A DNA stretch of 63,804 bases, counting the filler, from a bacterium (GTDB lineage Bacteria > JBBIVP01), in the NCBI GenBank assembly GCA_037439705.1. It is 4 parts of 4 records of this genome, joined end to end, with 100 filler letters (N's around TTAATTAATTAA, not from the genome) between each part and the next. Parts side by side here need not be neighbours in the genome. Positions count along the whole stretch, not along the records: positions 35,074 to 52,418 come from JBBIVP010000022.1; positions 52,519 to 63,804 come from JBBIVP010000052.1; 2 more parts are not named here. One strand, 5' to 3'. Below the pieces are notes generated by a model. The model searched no databases. It was given only the letters and a program-made list of their open reading frames with translations, and had not been told where the DNA came from. Each line of letters starts with the position of its first letter. The stretch's first letter is position 1. Shown piece by piece: positions 49,106-59,218 of this stretch. The position numbers and the translations under genes were made by a program.

Positions 49106-52100
49106 TTATGAGCTTCTCCTCCAGATGAGAGGAACGAAAAGAAGAATGAGACCAATTCCGAGCCCTGTTGAGCTCACAACTGAACATCCAAATCCAGATG
49201 CGGATGTTGATACCTTGAAGACCATTGATGCAGTTGAGATATTCCCAAGGTCGTCCTTAGCCCTCACCTCAAGCCTGTGAAGACCCTCATCAAGTCCTGA
49301 AAGGGTTATTGTCCTAACTTTTGCGAATGGTGTCCAGTCAGAACCATCAACCCTGTAAGAGACTGTCACAAGTTCATCAGGAGCCTGTGCATCCCTTGCA
49401 TCAATGTAGAATGTTGGAGATGATGTGGCAACTATGTTCATATCTCCAGCGCCATGTATTATTATTGATGGTCCGAGGGAGTCAATCCTGAAGGTATAAA
49501 CTGCTGGGGTTGGGTCCATATTTCCATCTGAGTCAACTGCACGAACCTCAAGGATGTGGTTCCCTTCATAGAGGTATGAGAATACTGCTGATTTCTGGGG
49601 AATGAATGGTGTCCAGAACCCCTTATCAAGCCTCCATGCGTATCTTATTGTATCGCCTGTGTCATAATCATCGTATGCATCAAAGACAAATCCCGCATCC
49701 ATTGCGGTTAGTTTTTCAGCAGGGATTATCCTCGTTTCAGGTGGATTGAACCCATCAAATCCATCAGATGGGCTCAAACCGAGACCACCAAGCGCTCCAC
49801 CTTCAAGGAGGTTTATTATGATGGCTGATGTTAATCTACCATAAAGCATGGTTGAAATGCCGAGCCAGTCAGGTGGATTCATCCAGTTGAGGTCTGTAGG
49901 ATACCACATTAAGGGGGTTGAGTTTGTTGCAGAGAGGAGATAAACAGGCATCCTCCATGTTATTGTGCTTCCTGACATGAAACTTCTTGCCGGTCCTATT
50001 GGCATAATTGAGGCTGCTGGACAGGTTCTTGTTCCAGGGGCTGTGCATACGCTATCATCCGTAACCCTGAAGGTTATGGGCATATTCAGGGCTTTTCCAA
50101 GGTCAAAACCTATATCTGCTGTGAAACCTATTGCCATTGATAGGATTGTTGGGATGAGGTTTGAAAGGATTCCGTTGAGGTCCCTCCTTGAAAGCCCTGT
50201 CAGTGCCTCATAGTATTCAAGGTAATAATTGATGCCAGAAGAAAGCATACCACCTATATGAAGAACCCTTCCTGTTCTCATTGCTACACCGCCAAAGTCC
50301 CACAGGTCAAACCTTGCGTCATTCCTCAGAAGTTCAATGTCAAGTCCTAATAGCATTCCGAAGTCAAGACCGAATACCCTCTGAGCACCCCATGCTGTTG
50401 CACCCGCAGGAAAGACATGGAAGTCAAGGTGGAGGTGAGGTATTCCAATGGTGAGGTCAGCCTGTGTCTGGGTTGTGATTGATGTTGCGAAATTCGGATA
50501 ACCATTTGTTATATAAACTATAGACCTCCCACCTGTTAGAATGAAAGGAACCTGTGCAATTCCTGTTGCGTTCACCTGATATATTGGAGAATATGTTCTC
50601 GGACCTGTTGTTGTTGGAGGATATGCCTGCTCAAATAAAGGTGTGTAATCCAATCCCGCTGGGTCAGGACTCTTGAATGATGGGACAACCCTTATTTGCA
50701 TATCGTTATCCCCATACAATTCCTGAAGTTTCGGCATAAGCATGCCAAATGTCTGGGTGTTTAAAATTCCTGATAGAAACTCACCTATTGTTGGAGTATT
50801 TCCATCAATGACCATACACAGTGCACCTGACCTTATAATTGATGTTATTGCCCTTGAGAAGAAGTTGTGATGAAGGGCAATTCCAAGGTGATACGGGAAT
50901 GTGTTTGTTGTTGTTCCAACTGTATAACTCAATTGCTTGAATTCAGCAGTAGTAGTTGTTGTGTTTAAGAGCCGGTCTGTATAAGTTCCTGTTGACTGAC
51001 CTGTAACAAATTCGGTGACAGTGCAGGCATATCCAGGGAGAGTATAGTACTTCTGGTCATAACAGACCTGTGAGACAACAGGTGTTATTTGACCAGTATA
51101 ACCACCTGCTGTATGCTGAAGGGTAACGCAGGATGTCATTGGCTCAAGGTTTGGTGCGGATGGTGTTCCTGCATTTCTTGTGTAATATATGTCAAGACCG
51201 AGGTCTCCTGGAAGGAGAACGCCAACCGAATCTGCCCAGAGGTCAAACCTTGCTCCTAGATCTATGTATATCGGGTCTGTTGCTTGGGTTAATGGGTGGT
51301 CAAAAGATATTGTGTCAAGGGTTGGTGAGAGGTCCATTGAAAGGGTTGAGGCGAGGTAATAACCAACGCATCCTGGGTCACTTGCTGGATATATCTCATC
51401 ACCGCAGGCAGGGTTTGTTCCTGCCCTTGATGTGGTTGTCCCAGGGATTGTGCACTCATTTGCATCAGGTGTGCATATATTTCCATCGTTTCCACCAGGG
51501 AATGTCCCGTAGGTGCACTCGCAGGTGAATACATCCTGAAGTCTTGCCATTATTTGTGCCTCAAGGAATGGAAGGGTTCCACCTATGTTCTGGGATGGAT
51601 TGTAATTCGGGTCATCATACATATCCCCACACCTGTTGTTCCCGTTTCTGTCGCAGAAGGCTATTCTTTCTGCAGTAAATGTTGAAGGGCAGGCAAATCC
51701 ACCCCATGGACCACAGCAGGAAGTGACCGTTGTTCCTGTTGGAGAAGTTGATGGTCCTGAAAATAGGGTATTAGGGTCGCTACCTCCTCCAAAAACCTGA
51801 TAGCAACCAGGGGTAGTGCATATAAGGTTTGGATTCCTCTGCCACTGGAAATAGACATTTGCATAGAGGTTAAGTCCTGCGATATTAACCCTCAAAAACT
51901 TTCTGTGGCATCCACCCGCTCCAAAGTCATTATCCGGATCTCTATCAGGGTCGCACCATGCACCGCTGTCATTAGCACCCGTCGGAGATTTGTAATTAAC
52001 ATGTGTCTGGCTAACACCTCCAACTGTTAAATCGTCATAATCCATCCATGCCCTCACTGATGTGGAAAGGATAATCGGGGCAACTGCTGTTCCACACAAA

Positions 52101-52417
52101 GATGATGCCATATCCTCTGGACCACCTGTTAGGTTTGGGTCATTAGCGCATCCTAAAAGAATTTTTGCCCTCATTGTTGGATAGTTTGAGAGGTCCTCTT
52201 CAGCAACATAATTGTCCTGAAGGTCAAGTTCTCTGCAGGTCCGAGGGTCTGATGTTGAGCCGAGGCAGGCTGGACCATCTTCAAGGGTTGATGAGCAGGT
52301 ATCCCATTGAACTCTATAATTGGTTTCCTGCTCATCTATTGTTGTTGATGGAAATGTGAACAAGACATCAAGGGAGATGTCTGCAATGTAAATACTCAGG
52401 GCAAGGGAGTCATCATA
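49106..52417 (-). CDS. Large Cys/Thr-rich surface protein with MYXO-CTERM-like sorting signal, 5'-truncated
   Basis: Frame open to contig edge; two Ig-like units (YAWRLD..WTPF; SYRVDG..WTPF...GLHRLEVRAKD); ends SGFGCS-TM-WRRSS. Confidence 0.75.
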   Translation of the reverse strand, partial: YDDSLALSIYIADISLDVLFTFPSTTIDEQETNYRVQWDTCSSTLEDGPACLGSTSDPRTCRELDLQDNYVAEEDLSNYPTMRAKILLGCANDPNLTGGPEDMASSLCGTAVAPIILSTSVRAWMDYDDLTVGGVSQTHVNYKSPTGANDSGAWCDPDRDPDNDFGAGGCHRKFLRVNIAGLNLYANVYFQWQRNPNLICTTPGCYQVFGGGSDPNTLFSGPSTSPTGTTVTSCCGPWGGFACPSTFTAERIAFCDRNGNNRCGDMYDDPNYNPSQNIGGTLPFLEAQIMARLQDVFTCECTYGTFPGGNDGNICTPDANECTIPGTTTSRAGTNPACGDEIYPASDPGCVGYYLASTLSMDLSPTLDTISFDHPLTQATDPIYIDLGARFDLWADSVGVLLPGDLGLDIYYTRNAGTPSAPNLEPMTSCVTLQHTAGGYTGQITPVVSQVCYDQKYYTLPGYACTVTEFVTGQSTGTYTDRLLNTTTTTAEFKQLSYTVGTTTNTFPYHLGIALHHNFFSRAITSIIRSGALCMVIDGNTPTIGEFLSGILNTQTFGMLMPKLQELYGDNDMQIRVVPSFKSPDPAGLDYTPLFEQAYPPTTTGPRTYSPIYQVNATGIAQVPFILTGGRSIVYITNGYPNFATSITTQTQADLTIGIPHLHLDFHVFPAGATAWGAQRVFGLDFGMLLGLDIELLRNDARFDLWDFGGVAMRTGRVLHIGGMLSSGINYYLEYYEALTGLSRRDLNGILSNLIPTILSMAIGFTADIGFDLGKALNMPITFRVTDDSVCTAPGTRTCPAASIMPIGPARSFMSGSTITWRMPVYLLSATNSTPLMWYPTDLNWMNPPDWLGISTMLYGRLTSAIIINLLEGGALGGLGLSPSDGFDGFNPPETRIIPAEKLTAMDAGFVFDAYDDYDTGDTIRYAWRLDKGFWTPFIPQKSAVFSYLYEGNHILEVRAVDSDGNMDPTPAVYTFRIDSLGPSIIIHGAGDMNIVATSSPTFYIDARDAQAPDELVTVSYRVDGSDWTPFAKVRTITLSGLDEGLHRLEVRAKDDLGNISTASMVFKVSTSASGFGCSVVSSTGLGIGLILLFVPLIWRRSS

Positions 52418-52418
52418 A

Positions 52419-52518
52419 NNNNNNNNNNNNNNNNNNNNNNNNNNNNNNNNNNNNNNNNNNNNTTAATTAATTAANNNNNNNNNNNNNNNNNNNNNNNNNN
52501 NNNNNNNNNNNNNNNNNN
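52419..52518. other. Artificial contig linker
   Basis: N44-TTAATTAATTAA-N44. Confidence 0.97.
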
Positions 52519-52691
52519 GGCCAAAATTCAAGCACGACAACAAAAACACAGGTCTATACACAGGAAATCCATATCCAGCGTGGTAAATTGCATTGTTTTT
52601 AAGAAAGAAAGCGAAAAGAAAAATAATTGAAAGAAGGTCAAACAGTCTCTTGCCACTTACTTTTAAAAAACATAATGGTTGTCAAAAATGA

Positions 52692-54101
52692 TTAAAATTT
52701 CATCTTGTTTATGGAAAAGAAGGCATGACGGAAGCCGAGAATCTGTTTAAAGTATCCAATTTTGTCGAAGGGATAATCTTTGAAAACCCTTATTATTCTT
52801 GGCGGATAACCGTAAAATAAAAGGTAAGCCTTCATGTAAAGCCTTTTTAAAGTTTTATCATCAACATTGGAAAGGTTTAGGTGGGTATAATGGTAGTGAT
52901 AATTCTTGAAATCCTTGAACTCCCTTCCCTCTCCATACATTTCATAAAGGTCTGTATTCTCAAATGGAGTAACAATAAAGAAACCGGCTGTATGAAGTTT
53001 TGATGTAACAGCAAATTTTATCGTCCGATTTATCTCTTCCTTTGTTTCCGTTGGAAATCCAATCATGAAGTAGCCTGTTGCAAAAATTCCGTTTTTGACC
53101 CCTATCTCAATTGCCTTTCTCGCCTTTTCAATATCAAGGTTCTTCCTTATCAGTTTCTGAATCCTTTCGGATGCAGATTCAATTGCAAAACTTATATAAT
53201 ATGTCCCGCACCTTCTCAAAAGCTTTAAGGTTTCCTCGGTCAATATATCAGACCTCAATCCATTCGGAAATGAAAGGATTGTCTTCCATCCCCTTTTGAG
53301 TATTCCTTCACATATAGCATGTGTCCTTGCTGTATCCACATTGAATATGTCGTCAACAATTTCAAATCTTCTTATCCCGAATCTTTTCATTATATATTCC
53401 ATCTCCTGAAGGACATTTTCTGGAGACCTTTTTCTCACTATCCTTCCAGAAAGCTTGTGGCAATAGATACAGCTGTAAGGGCACCCCCTCTCTGTATACA
53501 TTGCCACATAGGGAATTTCTAATCTTGTTCCTGAAAACTTTCTCTCTTTCGCATACCTCTCAATGGGAAGGAGGTCCCATGCTGGAAATGGTATATCATC
53601 AGGATTTTCAACTACCTCTCCTGGCGGATTAATTACTATTTCTCCATTATTATTTCTATATACGATTCCATTTATTTCTCTTCCATCCTTTCCGCTTGCC
53701 AGTGCGTTTATAAGTTTGTGAAATGTCTTCTCACCCTCTCCCCTCACTGCATAATCAATGTTCATGTCAGAAATGGTATCTTCAGGAAAAAGAGATGGAT
53801 GCGGTCCACCAGCTATAACTTTGATTTTTGGAGAAACCCTTTTTGTCATCAGAGCAATTCTGTGCATCTCATGGGCTTCCATCGTTATAGAACTTATCCC
53901 CACCACATCTGGAGAAAATTCCTTTATAACCGAATAGAGCTGATTGTCATCGGGTTTCTCAATACGGATATCATAGAGTTTTAACTTCATATACGGTTCC
54001 TTTTCTCTGAGATAAGAGGCAAGGTAGGCTATTCCGAGAGGAGTGGTTATAACATTAAATCTTTCTGGAACAAAACCTGCTTTTATAAGGAAAACCCTCA
54101 T
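52692..54101 (-). CDS. Cobalamin-binding radical SAM protein
   Basis: PLGIAYLAS, AGGPHP, GEGE, PFPAW, RGCPYSCIYC, VDDIF, FMIGFPTET. Confidence 0.92.
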   Translation of the reverse strand: MRVFLIKAGFVPERFNVITTPLGIAYLASYLREKEPYMKLKLYDIRIEKPDDNQLYSVIKEFSPDVVGISSITMEAHEMHRIALMTKRVSPKIKVIAGGPHPSLFPEDTISDMNIDYAVRGEGEKTFHKLINALASGKDGREINGIVYRNNNGEIVINPPGEVVENPDDIPFPAWDLLPIERYAKERKFSGTRLEIPYVAMYTERGCPYSCIYCHKLSGRIVRKRSPENVLQEMEYIMKRFGIRRFEIVDDIFNVDTARTHAICEGILKRGWKTILSFPNGLRSDILTEETLKLLRRCGTYYISFAIESASERIQKLIRKNLDIEKARKAIEIGVKNGIFATGYFMIGFPTETKEEINRTIKFAVTSKLHTAGFFIVTPFENTDLYEMYGEGREFKDFKNYHYHYTHLNLSNVDDKTLKRLYMKAYLLFYGYPPRIIRVFKDYPFDKIGYFKQILGFRHAFFSINKMKF

Positions 54102-54165
54102 AATTTTATTCTAATTGATTATATAGATTTAATCAAGCGACTCTTTCGGTTGCTCGTACAAATCC

Positions 54166-54194
54166 TTGAAACCTATAACGCAATGTGTTAAAAT
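54166..54194 (+). promoter_or_regulatory. Sigma70 promoter, predicted leaderless transcript
   Basis: TTGAAA-17-TAAAAT with TG extension, 6 nt before GTG 54201. Confidence 0.65.
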
Positions 54195-54200
54195 GCGGGT

Positions 54201-54710
54201 GTGAAGGTCATAAAAAAGTATAAAAATCGCAAGCTTTATGATATGGACGAAAGCAGGTATGTTACTTTGAACGAAATAAAGGAAATAATGAAAAAGGGTG
54301 AAGAGGTTCAGATAATAGACGATGCTACGGGAGAGGACATAACATCAGTTGTCCTCACGCAAATCCTGCACACCGTAGAGAAGAAGGAAAGAGCTCTTCC
54401 ACAGGAAGGTTTGAAATGGCTGTTAAAGTACGGAGGAGAGGCTCTTGAGGAGCTGATTTCAAATATTCAGAACATAAGAAAGGAGGCAGAAAAACAAATA
54501 AAGACATTTGTAAAAAAGGGGAAAGAATCCGCTTCAGAAGAGATAAAAAAGACATTCTTTGATGCTCTAAAAGAAATAAGAAACACAATAAAGAGTTTCA
54601 TACCCATCTCCACTGATTACAAAAAGACTCTTGGTGAGATAAAAGAAATTAAAAAGAGGCTGAAAAGAATGGAGAAAAGAATTTTAAAACTTGAAAAAAA
54701 TAGAAAATAA
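54201..54710 (+). CDS. PhaR-like (PHA synthesis regulator DNA-binding domain) protein
   Basis: IKKYKNRKLYD..SRYVTL...TGEDIT..VLTQI, followed by coiled coil. Confidence 0.85.
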   Translation: MKVIKKYKNRKLYDMDESRYVTLNEIKEIMKKGEEVQIIDDATGEDITSVVLTQILHTVEKKERALPQEGLKWLLKYGGEALEELISNIQNIRKEAEKQIKTFVKKGKESASEEIKKTFFDALKEIRNTIKSFIPISTDYKKTLGEIKEIKKRLKRMEKRILKLEKNRK

Positions 54711-54713
54711 ATC

Positions 54714-56093
54714 ATGGAAGGAGAGAGGGGAAACATCTTAATAGTTGACGACGAGCAAAGCTTCTGTGATGTGTTAAAGGAAATTTTTGAAGAGATGAGA
54801 TGGAATGTTGATACATGTGGAACCATTAAAGAAGGACTGGAAAAACTGAAAAGTGGCGCTTACGATGTGGTGATTACTGACCTGAAACTTCCTGATGGAA
54901 GGGGGGAGGATTTTCTAAAAATTGTGAAGGAGACAAATCCCGATACAGAAGTAATTGTGTTAACCGCATACGGAACGGTTGAATCTGCTGTAGAGGCAAT
55001 GAAGAGTGGCGCATTTCATTACATTCTCAAAGGAGGAAAGGTGAGCATAGAGGAACTGAAGCTCACCTCCATAAAGGCTCTTGAAAGGAAGAAATTGAAG
55101 GAAGAAAACAGAAGACTGTGGCGAGAGCTCTACAGGGAATTTTCCTTTGAAAACATTGTTGGACGCTCAAAGGCGATGCAGGAGATTTTTGAGCTCATAA
55201 GAAGAGTTTCACTTGTGGATACTCCTGTTCTTATTGAGGGAGAAAGTGGAACAGGAAAGGAACTTGTCGCAAGGGCAATCCATCACAACTCTCCAAGAAG
55301 GCTGAAACCTTTTGTAGCAATCAACTGTGCTTCAATTCCAGAAACCCTCGTTGAAAGTGAACTCTTCGGACACATAAAGGGTGCTTTCACCGGAGCATAC
55401 ACATCAAAAAAGGGACTTTTTGAAGTGGCTGACGGAGGGACGGTATTTCTTGATGAAATAGGAGACCTTTCTTTACCTGTCCAGGCAAAACTTCTGAGAT
55501 TTCTTCAGGAAAAGACATTTCAGCCAATTGGAAGCACAGAGGAAAAAAAAGTGGATGTCCGAATAATATGTGCTACGAACAAGAACCTGAAAGATGAAAT
55601 GCTGAGTGGAAGGTTCAGGGAAGACCTGTTCTACAGGATAAATGTGGTATCAATAAAACTTCCTCCTCTCAGGGAAAGAAAAGAAGACATTCCACTTCTG
55701 GTTCGCCATTTTGTTGAAAAGTTTTCAAAGGAATTGAAGAAGGAGATAAAAAGGGTTTCTGACGAAGCCATGGAAATGCTCCTGAATTATTCCTACCCAG
55801 GAAATGTCAGGGAACTGGAAAACATCATAATAGGTGCTATAACCCTTGAAAGCTCTGACCTGATTCAGGCAGAAACCCTTCTTCTGTTAAAGAAAAACAG
55901 AGAAGGAACGGAAATTGCACTTGACCCTTTAAGGGAAGGATTTAATCTTGAAAAGGTAATTGCAGAAACAGAAAAGAAGTATGTTAAAATGGCTCTTGAA
56001 AAGGCAAATGGAAAACAGGCAAAGGCAGCTGAAATTTTGGGAATCACACCAAGGCAATTGAGATACCTCATGGATAAATACGGGATTAAGTAA
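54714..56093 (+). CDS. Sigma54-dependent response regulator (NtrC/PilR family)
   Basis: Receiver; [44 protein letters not shown]. Confidence 0.95.
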   Translation: MEGERGNILIVDDEQSFCDVLKEIFEEMRWNVDTCGTIKEGLEKLKSGAYDVVITDLKLPDGRGEDFLKIVKETNPDTEVIVLTAYGTVESAVEAMKSGAFHYILKGGKVSIEELKLTSIKALERKKLKEENRRLWRELYREFSFENIVGRSKAMQEIFELIRRVSLVDTPVLIEGESGTGKELVARAIHHNSPRRLKPFVAINCASIPETLVESELFGHIKGAFTGAYTSKKGLFEVADGGTVFLDEIGDLSLPVQAKLLRFLQEKTFQPIGSTEEKKVDVRIICATNKNLKDEMLSGRFREDLFYRINVVSIKLPPLRERKEDIPLLVRHFVEKFSKELKKEIKRVSDEAMEMLLNYSYPGNVRELENIIIGAITLESSDLIQAETLLLLKKNREGTEIALDPLREGFNLEKVIAETEKKYVKMALEKANGKQAKAAEILGITPRQLRYLMDKYGIK

Positions 56094-56105
56094 AATTCAT
56101 CAACT

Positions 56106-56837
56106 ATGAAGATAAAAGTAGGAACATGTGGATTTCCCGCTCAAAAGGAGAAACTCTTTTCAGAACTTGATGCAATTGAAATCCAGCAAACCTTTTACCA
56201 TCCTCCTGAAGCACAGACCCTTAAAAAATGGAAGGAGGAAGCAAAGGGAATGGTTGAGTTTACTCTCAAGGCATGGCAGTTAATAACCCATCTTCCCTCA
56301 AGCCCCACCTACAAAAAATTAAAGGGAGAACTCAAAGAAAAAATATCAAAAATCTCGGATAAACTCGGCTTTTTCAAAAACACAAAAGAGGTTTTCAGAG
56401 CGTATGAAAAAACATTGGAATCCTGTGAGGCAGTTGGAGGAAAGGTAATCATTTTTCAATCACCATCTTCTTTCAGGGAGAACGAGGAAAACATAAGAAA
56501 TATGAGAAATTTTTTTAAAAATGCCTACAGACCGAAAGGGATTACATTTGTCTGGGAACCAAGGGGAAGGTGGAATACTGAAATTTTGAAAGAAATCTCA
56601 AAGGATTGCGAAATTTTAATAGGAGGGGATCCTCTTGGAGGTGGTTATCTTATGGGTGAGGTCTTTTATTTGAGACTTCACGGAATCGGTGGATTCAGAT
56701 ACAAATTTAAAGAGGAGGATTTCAGAAAGATTTCTGAAATAATTGGAAATAAGAAAACTTATGTTATGTTCAACAACATAAGCATGTTTGAGGATGCTTT
56801 GAAATTTAAAAAATTTATAAGCGGGAGGAAAAAATGA
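56106..56837 (+). CDS. DUF72 family protein
   Basis: VGTCG, EIQQTFY, FTLKA, WEPRG, YLRLHG, FNN. Confidence 0.88.
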   Translation: MKIKVGTCGFPAQKEKLFSELDAIEIQQTFYHPPEAQTLKKWKEEAKGMVEFTLKAWQLITHLPSSPTYKKLKGELKEKISKISDKLGFFKNTKEVFRAYEKTLESCEAVGGKVIIFQSPSSFRENEENIRNMRNFFKNAYRPKGITFVWEPRGRWNTEILKEISKDCEILIGGDPLGGGYLMGEVFYLRLHGIGGFRYKFKEEDFRKISEIIGNKKTYVMFNNISMFEDALKFKKFISGRKK

Positions 56838-58150
56838 ATGAAAAAGAATGGAACGAAATAAAGGAAGAGGCAATTGAGGTCCTTTCAAAATTCATTCAGT
56901 TCAACACCACAAATCCTCCAGGAAACGAGTTTCCAGCCTGCGAATTTCTCGGAAGCATCTTAAAAAGAGAAAATATAGAGTTTAAAATTGAAAAGACCGC
57001 GGAGAACAGGGCAAATTTATATGCTGAAATATCAGGCGGAAAAGACCCTCTTGTAATTCTTTTAAACCACATTGATGTGGTTCAGGCGGATCCGAAAGAA
57101 TGGAGCGTTGGCCCTTTTTCGGGAGTTTTTAAGGACTCTTATATATGGGGAAGAGGAGCACTGGATTGTAAAGGGCTCGGAATTATGGAACTTTTCGCCT
57201 TTATCCTCTTGAAAAGAAAAGGAAATCTAAAAAGAAATATCATCTTCTGCGCCACTGCGGATGAAGAGATGGGAGGGAGGTTCGGAGCATACATAGCTGC
57301 TGAAAGGCTTTCTCAGAGATTAAAAAACGCATTTGTTCCAAATGAAGGAGGACTTGGAATAAAAAGGATGCTCTTCGGAAAAAACCTGTATTCACCTGAT
57401 TTCGGAGAGAAGGGACCGGTATGGATTGAACTTGTTGCAACAGGAAAGGCGGGACATGGTTCAATGCCCCATCCTGACAATGCAAACCTGAAACTCATAA
57501 ATGCCGTAGAAGAAATTCTGAAAAGTAAAAAGGAAATGAAGGTGATTCCAGAAATTCGTTCAGCCCTTAACTTTCTAAAAAAAGAATCAGGAAGAGTAAA
57601 ATTCTTTCCTTTTGTATTCAGACTTTTACCAAAATTTCTTCTGAAGAAAGCACTATCAAAAAATTACAGGCTTTCTGCCATGTTCCATAATACCTTTGCC
57701 CTTACCATACTTAACGGAGGATATAAGGAAAATGTAATACCCGGAAGTTCAAGGGCAGTTATTGACATAAGGCTTCTCCCGGGAGAATCTCCTGATAAAG
57801 TGATTGAAGAAATAAAAAAGAAGGTGGAAAAATATGGAGTTTCGGTAAATGTTTTAGCAAAAGAAATGCCATCCCTTTCAGACCCACAGACAAAATATAT
57901 GGAGTGTATAAGAGAAGTAATAAAAAGAAAATATCCGGATGCTCTGTTTCTTCCACTTCTTGTTCCCGGTTTCACTGATTCAAGATTTTTCAGGGCAAAA
58001 GGAGCGATAGCATACGGATTTATTCCCTGCACCTTTGAGCAGGAGGAGATTGACAGGGTTCATGGCGTAAATGAAAGAATCTCAGAAGAATCTCTGCTTG
58101 AAGGAATAAAAAATATATATGAAATAGTAAAGGCAGTTCAGGAAGTATGA
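56834..58150 (+). CDS. M20-family metallopeptidase/amidohydrolase
   Basis: NHIDVV, GRGALDCK, ADEE, NEGG, FTDSR, HGVNE. Confidence 0.92.
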   Translation: MNEKEWNEIKEEAIEVLSKFIQFNTTNPPGNEFPACEFLGSILKRENIEFKIEKTAENRANLYAEISGGKDPLVILLNHIDVVQADPKEWSVGPFSGVFKDSYIWGRGALDCKGLGIMELFAFILLKRKGNLKRNIIFCATADEEMGGRFGAYIAAERLSQRLKNAFVPNEGGLGIKRMLFGKNLYSPDFGEKGPVWIELVATGKAGHGSMPHPDNANLKLINAVEEILKSKKEMKVIPEIRSALNFLKKESGRVKFFPFVFRLLPKFLLKKALSKNYRLSAMFHNTFALTILNGGYKENVIPGSSRAVIDIRLLPGESPDKVIEEIKKKVEKYGVSVNVLAKEMPSLSDPQTKYMECIREVIKRKYPDALFLPLLVPGFTDSRFFRAKGAIAYGFIPCTFEQEEIDRVHGVNERISEESLLEGIKNIYEIVKAVQEV

Positions 58151-58518
58151 TACTCGGTCTTGGAATTGATGAGGTTGAAATAGAAAGGGTGATAGATATG
58201 CTTGAAAGATATGGTGAAAAGTTTAAAAAAAGGTTTTTTTCTGATGAGGAACTCCATATAGTTGGAAATTTCCCTCAAAAAATGGCTGGAAGGATTGCTG
58301 GAAAAGAGGCGGTTTATAAAGCAATATCTCCCGGTCAAATTGGACTGAGGTGGAGGGAGATAAAAATTCTGGAGAAAGATGGAAAACCTGTTGTATTTCT
58401 TTCAGGAAAAACAAGAGAAATCTCTGAAAAAACGGGAATAAAAAATCTTCACATCTCCATCTCACACACCTCAACCCTCGCCATAGCGGTGGCAATTGCC
58501 GAAGGGGAAATCTCATAA
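58147..58518 (+). CDS. acpS: Holo-[acyl-carrier-protein] synthase
   Basis: GLGID, AGRIAGKEAVYKA, GKP, HISISH. Confidence 0.93.
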   Translation: MILGLGIDEVEIERVIDMLERYGEKFKKRFFSDEELHIVGNFPQKMAGRIAGKEAVYKAISPGQIGLRWREIKILEKDGKPVVFLSGKTREISEKTGIKNLHISISHTSTLAIAVAIAEGEIS

Positions 58519-58790
58519 TCACCTTTTAACTCCACAAACCCCGAAAAAAACTGATTTACAAAAATTGTCCGTTAAGTAAAAAGGTAAGAGACAGATTTAA
58601 AAAATTAATTTAAAATTAGTAAAAAACTGTTCTACATTGTCAGTTTGATTTAATTTTTTAAACTAAAAAAGAACCTTTTTCCCCAACAAACTGGAAAAGT
58701 TAAGATATGAGCGACATTAAGGAGTGAGAGGGAGAGATGAAACAAATCCCTTGTTCAAAAAGCCCCTTAAATTTTCTCATTCAAACTCAT

Positions 58791-58854
58791 AAAATGTCGC
58801 ATAAGTATATAACTTATACATTTTCTTGACTTTTTTGACACAATGCGTTATAAT
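58791..58854 (+). promoter_or_regulatory. Palindrome plus sigma70 promoter, predicted leaderless transcript
   Basis: AAAATGT..ATAAGT-N5-ACTTAT ACATTTT (58791-58824); TTGACT-17-TATAAT ending 6 nt before ATG 58861. Confidence 0.6.
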
Positions 58855-58860
58855 TATTGT

Positions 58861-59217
58861 ATGATGAATGTAAAAGAAATAATGGTCAACATAAAAAAGG
58901 TAGATGTGGAGGAAATTTTTTCCTCCCTTCTGGTCGTCTTTCTTACAGTCTCTCTTCTCGTTTCAAGCGGGCTTTACTATTTTTTTGTGGGAAAGAATTA
59001 TAAAGAAATGATTGAGCTCTTCTATTTTCCACCCATTCTTTCCCTTCAATTCCTTCTCACCCTTCTTTCCATATTCTCTCTCTGGATTTTAAAGAATAAA
59101 CCGATCTCTTACGCAAAGCCGTTCAACCTCTTCCTTTTCGCCAATATCCTTATGGTGAATCTCAACCTCTTTGTTTCAGTCCTTCTGGTCATAATAGGGC
59201 TTTTATCCTATTTCTGA
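58861..59217 (+). CDS. Hypothetical small membrane protein (3 TM)
   Basis: Three hydrophobic helices; adjacent to tldD. Confidence 0.6.
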   Translation: MMNVKEIMVNIKKVDVEEIFSSLLVVFLTVSLLVSSGLYYFFVGKNYKEMIELFYFPPILSLQFLLTLLSIFSLWILKNKPISYAKPFNLFLFANILMVNLNLFVSVLLVIIGLLSYF

Positions 59218-59218
59218 A

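Noticed and set aside
52519-52673. N-terminus of a minus-strand membrane protein at the contig edge
   Set aside because: The hydrophobic frame has no start codon unless a homopolymer frameshift is assumed
58519-58790. AT-rich intergenic region as a replication origin or small ORF (MKQIPCS...)
   Set aside because: No DnaA boxes seen; the 30-aa ORF runs through a promoter and has no support
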